From positions 26,980,630 to 27,044,629 of the forward strand of contig NC_092397.1 in the NCBI RefSeq assembly GCF_030028105.1: a stretch of 64,000 nucleotides of DNA. The letters run 5' to 3'. The DNA is from Mobula birostris. Its lineage: Eukaryota. Positions within the stretch are counted from its first letter, which is position 1. Each line of letters opens with the position of its first letter. The notes below the pieces were generated by a model. The model had not been told where the DNA came from. It searched no databases and saw only the letters and a program-made list of their open reading frames with translations. Positions 50,292 through 64,000 of the stretch are shown in pieces. Made by a program: the position numbers and the translations under genes.

Positions 50292-51884
50292 CAGTGCCTA
50301 TAAAAAATGTTCAATCTCCTTAGAAGTTTTTATGTTTTATTGTTTTGCAATGGATTTAATTTTGCTTTTTTGACACTGATCAACAGAAAAGACTCCACGG
50401 TGTCAAAGTGAAAACTGATCTCCACAAAGTGATCTAAATTAATTGTAAATATAAAACAAAAAATAATTCATTGCATTAGTATTCATCTCCTTCAAATCAG
50501 TAATTAGTTGATGCACCTTTAACAGTATTTACAGTTGAGTGTGTGGATAGGTGTCTATCAGCTTTGCACATCTGAACACTGCAATTTTCCCCATTCTTCT
50601 TTACAAAACTGCAGAAGCTCTGTCAGAATGCATGGGTTGGTGAGTGAACACTTCTTTTCAAGTCCAGCCACAAATTCTCAATTGGATTGAGGTCAGGACT
50701 CTCACAAAGCCACTCCAGGACATTAACTTTGTTGTTTTAAGGCATTCCTGTGCAGCTTTGGTTTTATGTTTGCGGTCATTGTCTTGCTGGAAAATTAATT
50801 TTCTCCTCTAAGTCGCAGTTCTCTTGAAGACTGAATTAGGTTTTCCTCCAGGATTTCCCTGTATTTTGCTGCATTCATTTTACCCTCTACCTTTATGTGC
50901 CTTTCAGGGCCTGCTGCAGTGAAGCATACCCACAGGATGATGCAGCCTCCACCACACTTCACGGTAGGGATGGTGTGTTTTTGATGTTGTGCAGTGTTTG
51001 GCTTACTCCAAACTTAGTGTTTGTGATGGTCAAAAAGTTCAATTTTGTTTTTGTCAGACCACAGAATCTTCTTCCAACTGACTTCAGAGTCCCCCACAAT
51101 TCTGGCAAACTTCAGGCAAGATTTCATGAAAGCATTTTTCAACAGTGGCTTTTTCTCTGCCACTCTCCCATAAAGCTGCGACTGGTGAAACACCCGGGCA
51201 ACAGTTGATGTATGCACAATCTCTCCCACCACTGAAGCTTGTAACTCCTCTAGAGTTATCATAGGTCTCTTGGTGGCCTCCCCCACTGGCCCCTTCTTGC
51301 ATGGTCACTCAGTTTCTGAGGATAGCCTGCTCTTGGCAGATCTACAGCTGTGCCATATTCTTCACACTTCTGGATGAGTGACTCTACTATACTCCAACGG
51401 CATTCAGTGACTTGGAAATATTCCTGTATCCATCTCCTGGCTTGTGTTGTCAATTACCTGTTTGCAGAGCAGCTCGGAGTGTTGATTTGTCTTCACGGTG
51501 TAGTTTCTCCCAGGATACTGACTCACCAGCAATTCGACCTTCCACTTACAGGTGTACTATTACTACAATCAATTGAAACACCTTGACTGCACACGGTCAT
51601 CTCCAATTAACTGATTATGTAACATCGAAAACTAATTGGTTGCACCACTGATGATTTGGTGTGTCATATTAATGGGGATGAATACTTAAATAGACAATTA
51701 TTTTGTGTTTTAGATTTGTAATTAATTGAGAGCATTTTGTAGAGATTTGTTTTCACTCTGACACAAGAGTCTTTTTCTATTGTTTAGTTTCAAAACAGCC
51801 AAATTCAATCCACTGAGATTCAATGTTGTAAAACTATAAAACATGAAAACTTCCAAGGGGTGTGAATACTTTTCATAGGCACTT
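50292..51884 (-). mobile_element. Tc1-like transposon, ~1.6 kb, decayed (paralog of 11570-12921)
   Basis: TA-CAGTGCC...GGCACTT-TA; transposase remnants (WKKILWSDKNKIELF). Confidence 0.92.
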
Positions 51885-53688
51885 TACATGTAGGGACAGT
51901 GATGGTGAAAGGGGGAGGGAAAGAAGACATGGGGAGGAGTGGCCTCAAGATCCTGAGGTCTGGTCAAAGGCATTCAAGGAAATATTAAATCAAAGAACAT
52001 ACAAAGAGGCAAGGGCTGGTGGTAGACAAGAGAATCAGGAATTTTCTAGGAAGCAGTGATGAGATAAAAGCTAAAAGTAACAAGGAACACGCAGAGATGT
52101 TAACTCAATAATTTGCATTAGTGTTCACAGTGGGGCACAGCAAACATCCCACAGATATCTAACGGTGATATTTCAACATTGTGCCATAATGTGTAACGAT
52201 CGCCATCACAAGGGAGAAACTAATGGGACTAAAAGCAAACTTTACCAGGTCCCAACGACCTGCACTGGAGGCTTTCACAGGAAGTCCAGAGAGAAAGTAG
52301 AGACATTGAAGTTTGTCAAAACTCACTGTGTTACAGAAAGGTTCCAGTGGAGTTGAAAACCATTGTTGAAGAAGGGTGGAAGATGAAAAGCAGGCAACTG
52401 TGGTCTTGTTAACTTCACTTCAGCTACTGGAGTCTATAATCTATGAAGAAATAACAAGTCGTTTGGAAAAGTTTAATGTCATTGAACTAACTCAACAGGG
52501 TCTACAGTCAGATTGACACAGATTCCACAACGACCAAAGTTCCCAACTGAGCTTGTGTCTGTAACCCACTCAACACCACATTATGAACAAGGTTATCCTC
52601 CTCCTTGTCCCATTCCTCTGCATTTGGCCCAGATACTTCAAAATCTTTCCTTCCCATCTACCTGTCCAAGTACCTTTTTAATGTACCTGACTCAACCACT
52701 CCCCATAGCAGCTCATTCCATTTACTGACCAGCCTCCATATCCCTCATGATTTTATACACCTCTGCAATATCAGCACTCATTCTCCAACATTCCAGGGAA
52801 AATTGTCCAAAACACCTTTCCACAAATCCTTTGAGATCCAGTAACATCCCCGCAAATCTCCCCTGCACTCTTTCCAGCTTAATCATGTCTGTCATACAGC
52901 AGGGTCACTAAAACTAAACACTATTTGCGAAATGTAGCCAAACCAACGTGTTGTACGACTGCAACATCTCATCCCAGCTTTTGTGTTCCGTGACCTGACT
53001 GAAGGCCAGTGTTCCAAAAGCCTCTTCCACACCCTGTCCATCTGGAACCTGCTCTTGGACCCTGTAACCTGGGATGTTGAATGTTCAGTCATGTTTGACA
53101 AACATACCAGAGACTTGAGACCTTACTGGGGAAGTTGGAGAAGTGGTGTTTTTGGATTTTCAGGAGCCATTTGCCAAGGTGCCACATGGCAGGCTGGTGC
53201 ACAAGACCAGAGCTCAGTACTGGGAAGGAAGTGTGTTAATACTGACTGAAGACAGTTATCATACTGAGACAGAATAATGGGTCTGTTTCGGACTGGGATG
53301 ATACAAGTACTGCAGTAACGCAGCGACCAGTTCTGGATCGTCTGAGGCTTGGATGGGGCATAATTTGTGTTCAGGAAGGTTTCCTGAAACAATATGTCGT
53401 CCACCAGGGAGGGGGACATTCTTGACTTCACCTTGGGAAATATGGGACTCAGCGGAGTGGTGGCAGGAACAACCAGTGTTCAAAGAGGAATTAGACAAGT
53501 CGTTCAGGGGAAATGACCTGCAGAGCTGTGGGGACAGAGTGGGGAATGGGACTGTGGAAAAGTTGTGGCAGGAGTTGGTATTAACTTGATGAGTCAAATA
53601 GTCTCGACAATCACAGAATGATTCTCTGCCCAATAATAGTCTGAAAAAATCATTCTGGTCGCCAGTGAATCTTCCAAGCTCCAGGATG

Positions 53689-53816
53689 GACAAGATCAAT
53701 TGTGTAATAAGGACACACTTCTGTCAAAACACTGACACTGTATACCAAGCACACTGAGCTGCCAGAGCACAGCACCGGCCAGTGAGGACACAGACCAGTA
53801 CAACACCTGGCTCTCT
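53689..53816 (-). other. Conserved ~125-nt non-coding element, copy B
   Basis: Only about 5 substitutions relative to copy A. Confidence 0.75.
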
Positions 53817-53909
53817 ACTACAAACTTCAAAGCTGAAAGTAAATGTATTATCAAAATACATTTCTGTCACCATATACAACCCTGAGGTTAGTTTTCTTGT
53901 GGGCATACT

Positions 53910-56380
53910 GCTGGTTTGTTAGAGCGGTTGGGGAGGGTTAAACTAATTTGGCAGGGGCGTGGGAACAGGCGTGAAAGGACTCAGGGTAGGACAGATGGTA
54001 AAAAAACAAAGATCGCATGCAGTCACACTGTCAGGAAGGGCAGGCAGATGATAGGACATAACTGCAGCCAGCAGGGTGAGTATCAGTGCGTGAGGGATGC
54101 AGAATGAAGAAGGGTAGCAAATGCTGTACTCAAACTGTTATATCTCAGTTCACAGAGTTTCATAAATAAGATGCATAATCTTATTGCCCTATTACTGATG
54201 GTCATGTATAATGTTGTGACCATCACTGAATCACGGCTGAAGAATGGTTGTAGTTGGGAGCTAAGTGCCCAAGGTTACACGTATCAGAGGGATAGGAAGG
54301 TGGGCAATGGGGATGGCATGGCTCTGCTGGTGAAGAATGGTAACAAATCAGTAGAAAGATGTGACAAAGGATTGGAAGATGTTGAATCCTTGTGAGCTGA
54401 GTTTAAAAACTGCAAGTGTAAAAAGGACGTTGATGGCAGTTGTATACAGGCCTCCGAACAGTTTCTGGGATGTGGACCACAGGTTACAACAGGAAATAGA
54501 AAAGGCAGGTCAAAAGGGCAATGTTGTGGGAGATTTCATCGCAGTCATGGGAGATTTTAACATGCAGGTCGATTGGGAAAATCAGGTTGGAAATAGATCT
54601 CAAGAGAGTGAGTTTGGTGAATGCTGAACAGATGGCTTTTTGGAGCAGTTTGTCATTGAGCCTGCGAGGGGATCAGCTATACTGGATTATGTGTTATTGA
54701 ATAAACTGGAGGTGATTTGGGAGCTTAAGGTAAAAGAACCCTTAGGAGGCAGTGGTCTCAGTATCACTGAGTTCAACTTGAAATTGGACAGGGAGAATGT
54801 ACAGTCTGACACAGCAGTGTTTCAGTGGAGTTAAGGTAGTTACAGTGGTTTGAGAGAGGAGTTGGCTAAAGTAAATTGGAAGGAAATGCTGGCAGGGATG
54901 GCAGCAGAGCAGCAATGGTGTGAGTTTCTGGGGAAAATGAGGAAGGTGTAGGATAAATGTATTCCAGAAACAAACAAATACTCAAATGCCAAATAGTACA
55001 ACCGTGACTGACAAGGAAGTCAATGCTAATGTAAAACCAAAAGGGAGGACATACAACAAGCAAAAATTATTCAGAATACAGAGGATTGTGAAGCTTTAAC
55101 AGCTGACAGAGAGCAACCTAAAGAGGGAAGAGATGAAACATGCAAGCAAGCTGGCAAACATGATCAAAATGGATAGTTTTAGCTTTTTCAAGTACGTAAA
55201 AATAAAAGAGAGATGAGACTGGGTAAAGGACTGCTAGAAAATGAGGCCAGAGGAATAATAACGCTGGGGGTTGGGGGGGATACAAGGAAATGGCAGATGA
55301 ACTAAATGAGTATTTTGTATCAGTGGAAGATACTAGCAGTGTGCCAGATGCTGAAGGGTGTGAGGGAAGAGAAGAGAGTGCAGTTATTATTACAAGGGAA
55401 AAGGTGCTCAAAAAGCTGAAAGACCTGAGGGTTCATAAGTCACCCGGACCAGATGAACTGTACCCCAGGGTTCTGAAAGAGGTAACGCTCCTGACTGACC
55501 GTGTGAAGGAAATGGAGCTGGAGATGGACAGACCCAGAGTTTCCAGGATGCTGAGACCAGAGATTCAGTGGGTTGGTCAAACCTGAGGTCAGGCTGCAAA
55601 TAGTTTGGTCACGACCACGACTGGAAAGGGGAAGAGACAGACAGTGCAATGTCTCCCTGTGGCTGTGACCCTCAGAAACAAGTACACTCATTTGGATACC
55701 CCTGGGAGGATGACGAACCAGAGCACAGCAGTCCGTCAGGTCGGTGGTACTGACACCCCAGTCCGATGCTCCGCGGGAGGAAAGGTCAATCACAGCAGTG
55801 ATGACAGCAGACTCACAGTACAGGGGATGTGCAGCAGATTCTGTGGCCGCAACAGAGATAACACGGTGGTGTGTCCCCTCCTGGGTACCAGGGTGAGGCA
55901 CGTCTCAGATGTGCAGAATTTCCTAAAGATAAACTTGCTGGTTGAGTCGGTGGCAAGGAAGAGCCAAATGCCATGTTAGCATTCATTTAGACAGGAGTAC
56001 AATACAAAAGCAAGGATGTAATGCTGAAGATTGATAAGGCATTGGTCCGCTCACACTTGGAGTATTGTCAACTGTTTTGGGCCCCTTATCTAAAAAAGTA
56101 CGAGCTCGCATAGGAGAGGGTCCAGAGGAGGTTCACAAGAATGATCCTGGCAATAAAAGGGTTAATGCACAAGGATTCTTTGATGGCTCTGGGCCTGTAC
56201 TCAACGGACTTTAGAAGAATTAGGGAATCTTGTTGAAACCGATCAAATATCGAAAGGCCTGGGATGGAGTGGGCAGTCTAGGACCACAGGACACAGCATC
56301 AGAATACTAGGACACCCTGTTAGAACAAAGATGAGGAGTAATTTCCTCAGTAAAGGTAGTGAATCTGTGAAGCCTATGTC
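53910..56380 (+). mobile_element. CR1 LINE remnant (inverted paralog of 5375-8500), with an internal insertion and a deletion
   Basis: VYRPPNS, VMGDFNMQVDWENQ, KSPGPDELYPRVLKE. Confidence 0.85.
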
Positions 56381-56384
56381 AGGA

Positions 56385-58520
56385 CGTTGTTCATTGACTA
56401 GAGCTCAGTGTTTAACACCATCATTCCCACAGTCCTGATTACTAAGCTACAGAACCTGGTCCCTCTGCAGTTGGATCCTTGACTTCCTAACCGGGAGACC
56501 ACAATCTGTGCAGACTGGTGATAATCAGAATGTGTGGATTAATGGAGTCGGGCTAACCCCTATTGACATCAATGGATCCGGGGTTAAGAGGGTAAACAGC
56601 TTTAAGTTCCTCGGCATCAATATTACTGAGCTCACATGGTCTATACATACAGGCTGTGTGGTGAAAAAGGCACAACAGCGTCACTTTCACCTCAGACAGT
56701 TGAGGAAGTTTGCTATGGGCCCCCAAATCCTAAGGACTTTCTACAGGGTCACAATTGAGAGCATCCTGACTGGCTGCATCACTGCCTGATATGGGAACTG
56801 TACCTCCCTTAATCGCAGGACTCTGCAGAGAGTGGTGTGGACAGGCCAGCACATCTGTAGTTGTGAACTTCCCATGATTCAAGACATTTACAAAGACAGG
56901 TGTGAGAAAAGAGCCTGAAGGATCACTGGGGACCTGAGTCACCCCAACCACAATCTATTCCAGCTGCAACCATCCAGGAAATGGTACCGCAGCATAAAAG
57001 CCAGAACCAATAGGCTCCGGGACAGCTTCTTCCACCGGCCATTAGACTGATTAACTCACACTGATTTGAGGGCATTTCTATGTTACATTGACTGTTCTAT
57101 TTATTATCAATGATTATAAATCACTATGATTGCACATTTAGACGGAGACATAACGTAAAGATTTTTACTGCTCATGTACGTGAAGGATGTAAGAAATAAA
57201 GTCAATTCAAGTTCAAATTAATATCTTCTCTTCGCTGATGATCAACACTGGCCCTGGTGCACCTCAGGGATGTGTGCTTAGCCAACTGCTCTACTCCCTC
57301 TATAACCATGACCGTGTGACTAAGTATAGCTCAAAAGCCAACTACAAATCTGCTGTTGGTAGAATTTCAGATGGAGAGGAGAGAGCATACAGGAGTAAGA
57401 TTTACCAGCTAGTTGAGTGGTGTCACAGCAACAACCTTGTGTTTAATGTCAGTAAAACAAAAGAGCTGATTGAAGGAAGGGTACGATGAGGGAACACGAA
57501 CCAATTCTCAGAGAAGGATCAGAAGTGGAGAGAGTGAACAATTTCAAATTCCTGGGTGTCAACATCTCTGAGGAACTAACCTGGTCCCAACATATTGATG
57601 CAGCTACAGTATAAAAAAGGCAAGACAGTGGATATATTTTATCAGGACTTTGAAGATATTTGGTCTGTCACTTTAAAACACTCAAAAACTGCTATAGATG
57701 TATTCTATATACTGTATATTATTTAAACTATATTATTTGTTTTTGCACTGTTTTTAATCTACATGATATATATATCCCTATACACACATACTGATTTATT
57801 CATTCTTTCTATATTATCATGTACTGCATTAAACTGCTGCTGCTAAATTAACAAATTTCATGACACCTGCCGGTGGTAATGAACTTAATTCTGGTTCTGA
57901 CTCTGAATTCATCCCCACAGACGGCTGTGGCCAATTCATTGGGGATATTGCATCATCACTGCCTGGTTCAGAAATTGCACTGTCTCGGATCGCAAGACCC
58001 TGCAGCGGATAGTGAGGACAGCTGAGATCATCATCGGGGTCTCTCCTCCCACCATTACAGACATTTACACCACACGCTGCACCCGTAAAGCCAACAGCAT
58101 TGTGAAGGACCCCAGACACCCCTCATACAAACTCTTCTCCCTCCTGCCATCTGGCAAAAGGTACCGATGCATTCGGGCTCTCACGACCAGACTGGGTAAC
58201 AGTTTCTTCCCCCAAGCCATCCGACTCCTTAATACCCAGAGTCTAGACTGACAGCTACATCATTATTATATTGTAATTTGTCCTGTACTGTGGCTATTGT
58301 TTTGTTTATTATTTATTGTACTGCCCTGCACTGTTTTGTGCACTTTGTGTAGGTCTGTAGTCCAGTGTAGTTTCTGCGTCGCCTTTTCTTATCTCACTTA
58401 GTCTAGTGTAGTTTTGTGTTGTTTCATGTAGCACCATGGTCCTGGAGGAATGTTGTTTTGTTTTTACTGCGTACTGCACCAGCAGTTTATTGTCGAAATG
58501 ACAATAAAAAGTGACTTGAC
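56385..58520 (+). mobile_element. Cluster of three Rex1/Babar-like LINE fragments
   Basis: FKFLG...KKAQQR; GAPQGCVLS; LFSLLPSGKRYR...NSFFPQAIRLLN. Confidence 0.8.
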
Positions 58521-60795
58521 TGTATTTAATGTGGAGGTTCTTGATTCTTGGTGGGGGTAGGAAGAGGATTTGAGAGGGTTAAGAGATCTGTCATGATCGT
58601 TGATCCCTGGCAGAATGGTGCAGCAAACTGCATGGGGCCAAATGGCCTAATTCTTCTCCTGTACTTCATGGTCTGATCGTCTCGCAGCAGTCGCAGGACA
58701 TTTCAAATGGAAGGCTGAGCAGCCAGACATGGTGGTGGACGGTGCATGTTAGTAATAGCAATGTAGGGAGGAGGCGGGATGTGCCCTGTGCAGTAAATAT
58801 AGAGAAAGAAGAGAGAAACTAAAATTACTAAGCTTCATATTACCGCCAGTGACACTTGTTAGTGCAGAGAGATATAGGAAGATACCACTGATGAATGTGT
58901 GGCTGAGAATCTGGTGCAGGGGACAGTTTCATGGATTAATGGAATCATCTGGAGATGGGTAGGCAGAAACTGTTCACTCCCCAGGGTCTTCTAGGGAAGG
59001 AACAGTTTTCTCACTCCGAAAACTGAAGGGAGTAGTTTTGGCGTGAGAGATTGGAGGTTTAAAGGGGATCTGAAAGGTGAGTTGATGGAGGTGGATAAAA
59101 TTATGTGAGGCATATAAAGGTTAGAGAGACAGAGACTGTTTTCCGACTAAAACTGAAGGGAATGGATTTAAGGTGAGAGGGAGGAGGTTTTAAGGTGATC
59201 TGAGGGTAAATATTTCGCATGGAGAATTGAATTGACCTTATTTCTTACATCCTTCACATGTATCAGGAGTAAAAATCTTTACATCATGTCTCCGTCTAAC
59301 TATGCAATCACAGTAATTTATTATAAATGGAACAGTCAATGTAACAGAGAATAGCTGGTATCCCAAATGAGCCGCCAGAGGAAGTAGTGGAGGCAGAAAC
59401 ACACAAAGTCTCTGTTCATGAACACTTCTCAGGAACCTGTCATTCACTGTGTACATCCTGCCCTGGTTAAACTTCCCAGTGCTGGGTCCATTGTTGTTTT
59501 CCATCTGTATTAATGATCTGGATGAGAATGTATTAAACTGGATCAGCAAATTTACAGATGACACCAAGATTAAGGGTGCAGAGGACAGCGAGGAAGGATT
59601 GCTAATCTTGACATGGGACGTGGACCAGCTGGAAAAATGGCAGATGGAATTTAATACACACAAGTATGCGGTGTGTGCAACTAAGCTGAATGGGAGAAAT
59701 GTGTGGTTTAAAGAGGATCTGAGGAAAACTGCCCTCGCTCCCCAGGAGGTTACAATCTGGAACACTCTGCCTGAGGAGGTGGTGCAGGCTGGTATTTAAG
59801 GACCATCTGGATGAGCATTTGAATCACCAAGGCAGGGTAGGAGACAGACCAAGTGCTGAGTTAGCAAAGACAGATTCTCGATGGCCACTATGGACATGCA
59901 GAAACCACTGACTGTGAAAATGCAGTGGGAACCTGAAACACAGAACTTCAGGATGGACTCAGCTAAAACATTCAGAACCCAGTACGATGGATTTTTGTTG
60001 TACAAAGGTATTAATGGTCAAGTACTGAACAAACCCCCTTAAAAGGCTACCAAAATGCTCCCATTTCCTGGGCACTAGTTACAATACTTTGAAATAGGAA
60101 TTTGGTGAAGTACTCTGGGTGATATTAGGACAGATGGCTGACAGCTTGCTCACGGTGGGAGGGTGCAAATGTCTTCTCAGAGGATAAGGGGTTCAGTGGA
60201 ACAAGCTCACAGCTGAGAATGAAGGTGACAAACCCCACTGCATTGGAGGACTGCTGTGGTCAGGGTTGTACAGGATAGAAACAGACCCTCCAGCCCATCA
60301 CATTTATGCCTCCATCATGCACAGCTATAATAATCCCACTTTCCTGCATTAGTTTCATATCCCTCTGGGCCTTGCTCACTGAAGCCCCTGTGCATGTGCC
60401 TCTAATATTGTTACACAGTTCCCTGTACGTGGCATCACAGGTAGACAGGGTTGTGTGTTCTACTTGCCTTGTCAGCCAAAGAACTGCCTCTCATTAGAGC
60501 AGGACAAAACTGTTTAAAGTCAGATTCAAAGGGGATCTGAGGGGTAAATATTTCACACAGAGAATAACTGGCATCCGGAATTAACTCCCAAAATAGAGTC
60601 ACTGGTTTATACAGAAATGAAACAGTCCCTTCGGTACAACTCATCCCCGCCGACCAAGATGTCGACCTGAACTCGGCCCATCTGCCTGCATTAGGCCCGT
60701 ATCCCTCTCAACCTTTCCCATCCATGTGACTGTGCAAATATGTTTTAAATATTGTACCTGAGGCAGAGAGCCGGTGCAGTGAGGCGCTGACAGAC

Positions 60796-61020
60796 ACTCA
60801 CTGTTCCGCGGGCAGGAAGAGGATCCCACAGCGGAGCCGAAACGATCGAGCCCACGTCGCCATAGTCCTGACGCCACCAGCCGGGATTTACCGTTCCCCA
60901 GGAAACGACGGAGGTGGGACATCTGTGACGTCATTCGTCACGGATTGGTTGTCTCTGTGTGTCACGTGACGGTGAGTGCGCTGCCCGGGAGGCGGGGCAG
61001 AGGGAGCTGTCAATCAGTGG
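60796..61020 (-). promoter_or_regulatory. CpG-rich promoter / putative first exon, copy B (inverted paralog of A)
   Basis: TGATTGACAG 61007-61016 (-), GTCACGTGAC 60961-60970, TGACGTCA 60926-60933, donor at 60802/60801. Confidence 0.65.
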
Positions 61021-61389
61021 AGCCGCTGAAAAACTTGCCACCATTGTAAACAGAGTGGGTGCAGACGGAGATTTCCGGGATCGGTGACTCCCTCCCCACC
61101 CACGGGAATTGAGTGTGTTAGAGACAGTAATATTCATATTTTAATATGACTCTGCGGCATTATACATATTTAATGTTTGTATTTTGCATATTTTTGTTGG
61201 ATAATCTTTTATAATTTGGGGTAAAACCCTTGTAACTAGATCACTGAAAAATTCATGAAGAAAGAACGTCACGGAAAAATATTGTCAAAGCCAAAATTTT
61301 AACCGAAAGTAAGTTGTCCTCATGGTACGAAAATATCACCATCTAGTTCAAAGTAAAATCTATTCTCACAGTAGATTCATGTCACCACA

Positions 61390-62660
61390 TACAACCCTGA
61401 GATTCTTTTCTGCGGCAATTCTTAGCAAATCAATATAACTTACTGTGAACTGTAAATATGAGGAATTATAAACTGTAAACAAACAGTGAAAATTCAGGAA
61501 AAAAAGCAATAAATAATGAGCATGAAATAACCATGTAACAGAGTCCTGAAAAGAGTCCTGACGTGAGTGTATCTATCCCCTTTTGTTCAAGTCCCTGATG
61601 GTTGAGGGGTAGTAACTGTTCTTGAACCTGGTGGAGCGTGTACTGAGGCACCTGTACCTTCTGCCTGATGGCAGCAGTGAGAAAAGAGCATTGCCTGGGT
61701 GGTGAGGATCTTTGATGATGGATGTTTCTTCCCTACGGCTATGTTTCATGTAGATGTGCTCAGTGGTTATGAATGTTTTACCCGTGATGTAGCTGGGCTG
61801 AATCCACTAGCTTTGTAGGAATTTCCACTCAAAGACATTGGTGTTCCTATACCAGTTCATAATGCTGCCAGTCAGCACACCTACCATCAGACATTTATAG
61901 AAGTTTGACAAAGTTTTCAAAGGCATGCTGAATCTCTGAGATTCCTGAGGAAGTAGAAAAGCTGTCATGCCTTGTTCACAGTAATACTTATATGATGGGT
62001 CCAGGACCGGTCCTCTGAGAGAGTGACACACAGGAATTTAAAGTTACTGACTCTCTCCACTTCTGATCGTACTTTGATTACTGGCTCATGTACCTCCAGA
62101 TCCCCTGCTGAAGTCAACAATCTATCCCTTGGTCTCACTGACATTGATTGAGAGGTTGTTGTTATTATGCCACTCAACCAAGTTTTCTGTCACCCTACTG
62201 CATGCCAATTCATCGCCACCTTTGATACAGCCCACAACAGTGGTGTCATCAGCAAACTTGTATACGGTGTTGGAGCTGTACTCAGCCACACAGTCATAGG
62301 TGTAAAGCGAGTAGAGCTGGGGGCTAAGCACACTTCCCTATGGTGCTCCTGTGCTGATAGAGATTGTGGAGGAGACGTTTTTGCCAATCTGAACTGGCTG
62401 GGGTCTGCACCTGAGGAAATCCAGGATCCAATTTCACATGGGGGTATTGAGGCCCAGGACTGGGAGTTTACTGATTAGTTTTGAGGGGATGATGGTGTTG
62501 AGTGCTGAGCTGTAATCAATAAAGGGCATTCAGATGTTTGCATCTTTGCTGAAAAGATGTTCCAGAGTTGTGTGAAGAGCCAACGAGACAGCATCTGCTG
62601 TTGCTTCAGTAGGGGAATTGGAGAGGATACAAGTCATCATTCAGACAAGAGCTGATATGC
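61390..62660 (-). mobile_element. Rex1/Babar-like LINE, RT to 3' end
   Basis: LSPQLYSLYTYDC, KFADDTTVVG; 3' part paralogous to 567-990. Confidence 0.85.
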
Positions 62661-62664
62661 GAAT

Positions 62665-62868
62665 TCTTGGTTCCATCCCTCCCGCTTCTGTCTTCTCCTA
62701 TCATTTTAGATCCCCCCCTCCCCCTCCCCCTCCCACTTTCAAACCTCTTACTAGCTCTTCTTTCAGTTAGTCCTGTCGAAGGGTCTCGGCCCGAAACGTC
62801 GACTGTACCTTTTCCTAGAGATGCTGCCTGGCCTGCTGCGTTCACCAGCAACTTTGATGTGTGTTGCT
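62665..62868 (+). mobile_element. Penelope terminal fragment with hammerhead motif (core CTGA>CTGT)
   Basis: Near identical to 37095-37285; AGTC-CTGTCGA-AGGGTCTCGGCCC-GAAAC-GTC-GACTG at 62769-62805. Confidence 0.8.
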
Positions 62869-62869
62869 T

Positions 62870-63178
62870 AAAAATGAGTCCCGGCTTTTCGAAGGTTAAG
62901 TCCCGGCTCTATGTTGATGTTCGGTCCCGAGTCTGTCTCTGATCTCCAAGAACCCAAGCCTCGACGATCCCGCAGCCAAGCTCAAGAGGAAAGGCCCCAG
63001 CTTGTCTCCTAGTCCATGGTTTCTAGCCCTGGTCCCGCTTTCCCCAGCCCACGTCTGCGTTTTTGTCCCTGTTCCTGGTCTGAATCCTGTCACGTCCCTA
63101 CTCTAGTCAAGTCCTGTTCCTTGTACTTCAATGTCTGTGTCTCGCATTTGGGTCCGTTCCCAGCACCCCTTTGTGACA
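62870..63178 (+). mobile_element. Possible LTR fragment
   Basis: Ends in GCATTTGGGTCC...TGTGACA, like fish Gypsy LTR 3' ends; no partner LTR seen. Confidence 0.3.
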
Positions 63179-63759
63179 GTTCTAACACCCCGGATACCTC
63201 TATTTTCATCAGGAAACAGAGATATTATCTTATTTTAACCCAATAAAGCCTTCTCACAGTTTCTTATCTTAACGATTGGCACATCTCCTCCTCTTCAGGT
63301 TTGAGCACATTCTATACTCCCTAAAGCAGATTTCAACTCTGCAGTTAATTTCAAACGAGAAAACGTGCGGATACTGGATATCCAAACAACACATACACAA
63401 TGCCGGAGGAACTCAGGTCTGATGAATGGTCTCGGTCCGAAATGTCGACTGAACTCTTTTCCATAGTTGCCGTTGCGTTTCTCTAGCATTTCGTGTGTTG
63501 TTGCAGTTAATTTAATGGGATTGATGAAAGAAGGCTGTTCCAGGTCAAATTTAAACATTACCTTGAAGTCTTTTTTCCTTCCAAAGTATCCAGCCTTTCC
63601 TAACAAATCACTTGAAATTATTCCAGATCCAGATTCCAGATGTAAATTCAACTTCATTCCAACCTCCTCCCGCATTCACCAGAACCCTCAGTTTCCGGAT
63701 CTTTTTCCAGACGGAGGGCCCCTCCTGAACCTACATTATTTCCCACAATCCCCACACAT

Positions 63760-64000
63760 TCACTGCCAGCGCCACCAACCGCTACTGCTCCGGAGCCAGT
63801 CAACAGCTCGAACCCGCTTCTTGGTTCTGCTGTCAATCAGGTCCAGGGGTGGGGCAACGCAGCGTGTACGTACATGCTGCGATGACGTCACAAACATTAA
63901 GCTCACCTTCCTCCAGTGCACTTTTTGAGCGTCTGGTCGGAGGGTCCGGGGCTGCGGGAGGGGCAGGGTGACTTTAAACCCGTCGGTAAACACGGCCACA
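63760..64000. promoter_or_regulatory. Edge of a further CpG island with the same motifs
   Basis: CTGTCAATCA 63830-63839, TGACGTCA 63883-63890, minus-strand donor AAG|GTGAGC near 63901-63909. Confidence 0.5.

Overview
Eukaryotic, repeat-dense vertebrate DNA. A cartilaginous fish (ray/shark) is the likely source, inferred from the mix of CR1, Rex1/Babar, Penelope and Tc1 repeats. The only intact protein-coding genes are a dispersed replication-dependent histone set: H4(+), H3(+), H1(-) at 21-24 kb and H2A(-), H2B(-), H4(-) at 42-46 kb. There is also an H3 pseudogene, an orphan histone 3' end and an orphan H4 promoter. Most other ORFs in the track are transposon debris or shadow frames. Four points are not explained by simple annotation. 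(1) About 567-22070 and about 45510-61825 are the two arms of an old, diverged inverted duplication that brackets the cluster. (2) Three related CpG-rich Pol II promoter/first-exon modules (TGATTGACAG + CRE, E-box in or near each, and an AACA|GTGAGT donor) are each followed on the same strand by a conserved ~125-nt non-coding element with no ORF; this is a candidate undescribed ncRNA unit. (3) Seven minimal hammerhead-ribozyme motifs lie in Penelope-like ends, including ~100-150-bp fold-back mini-elements. (4) The H2B stem-loop is mutated at the key SLBP-recognised G. Repeat boundaries and identities were judged by eye and are approximate.
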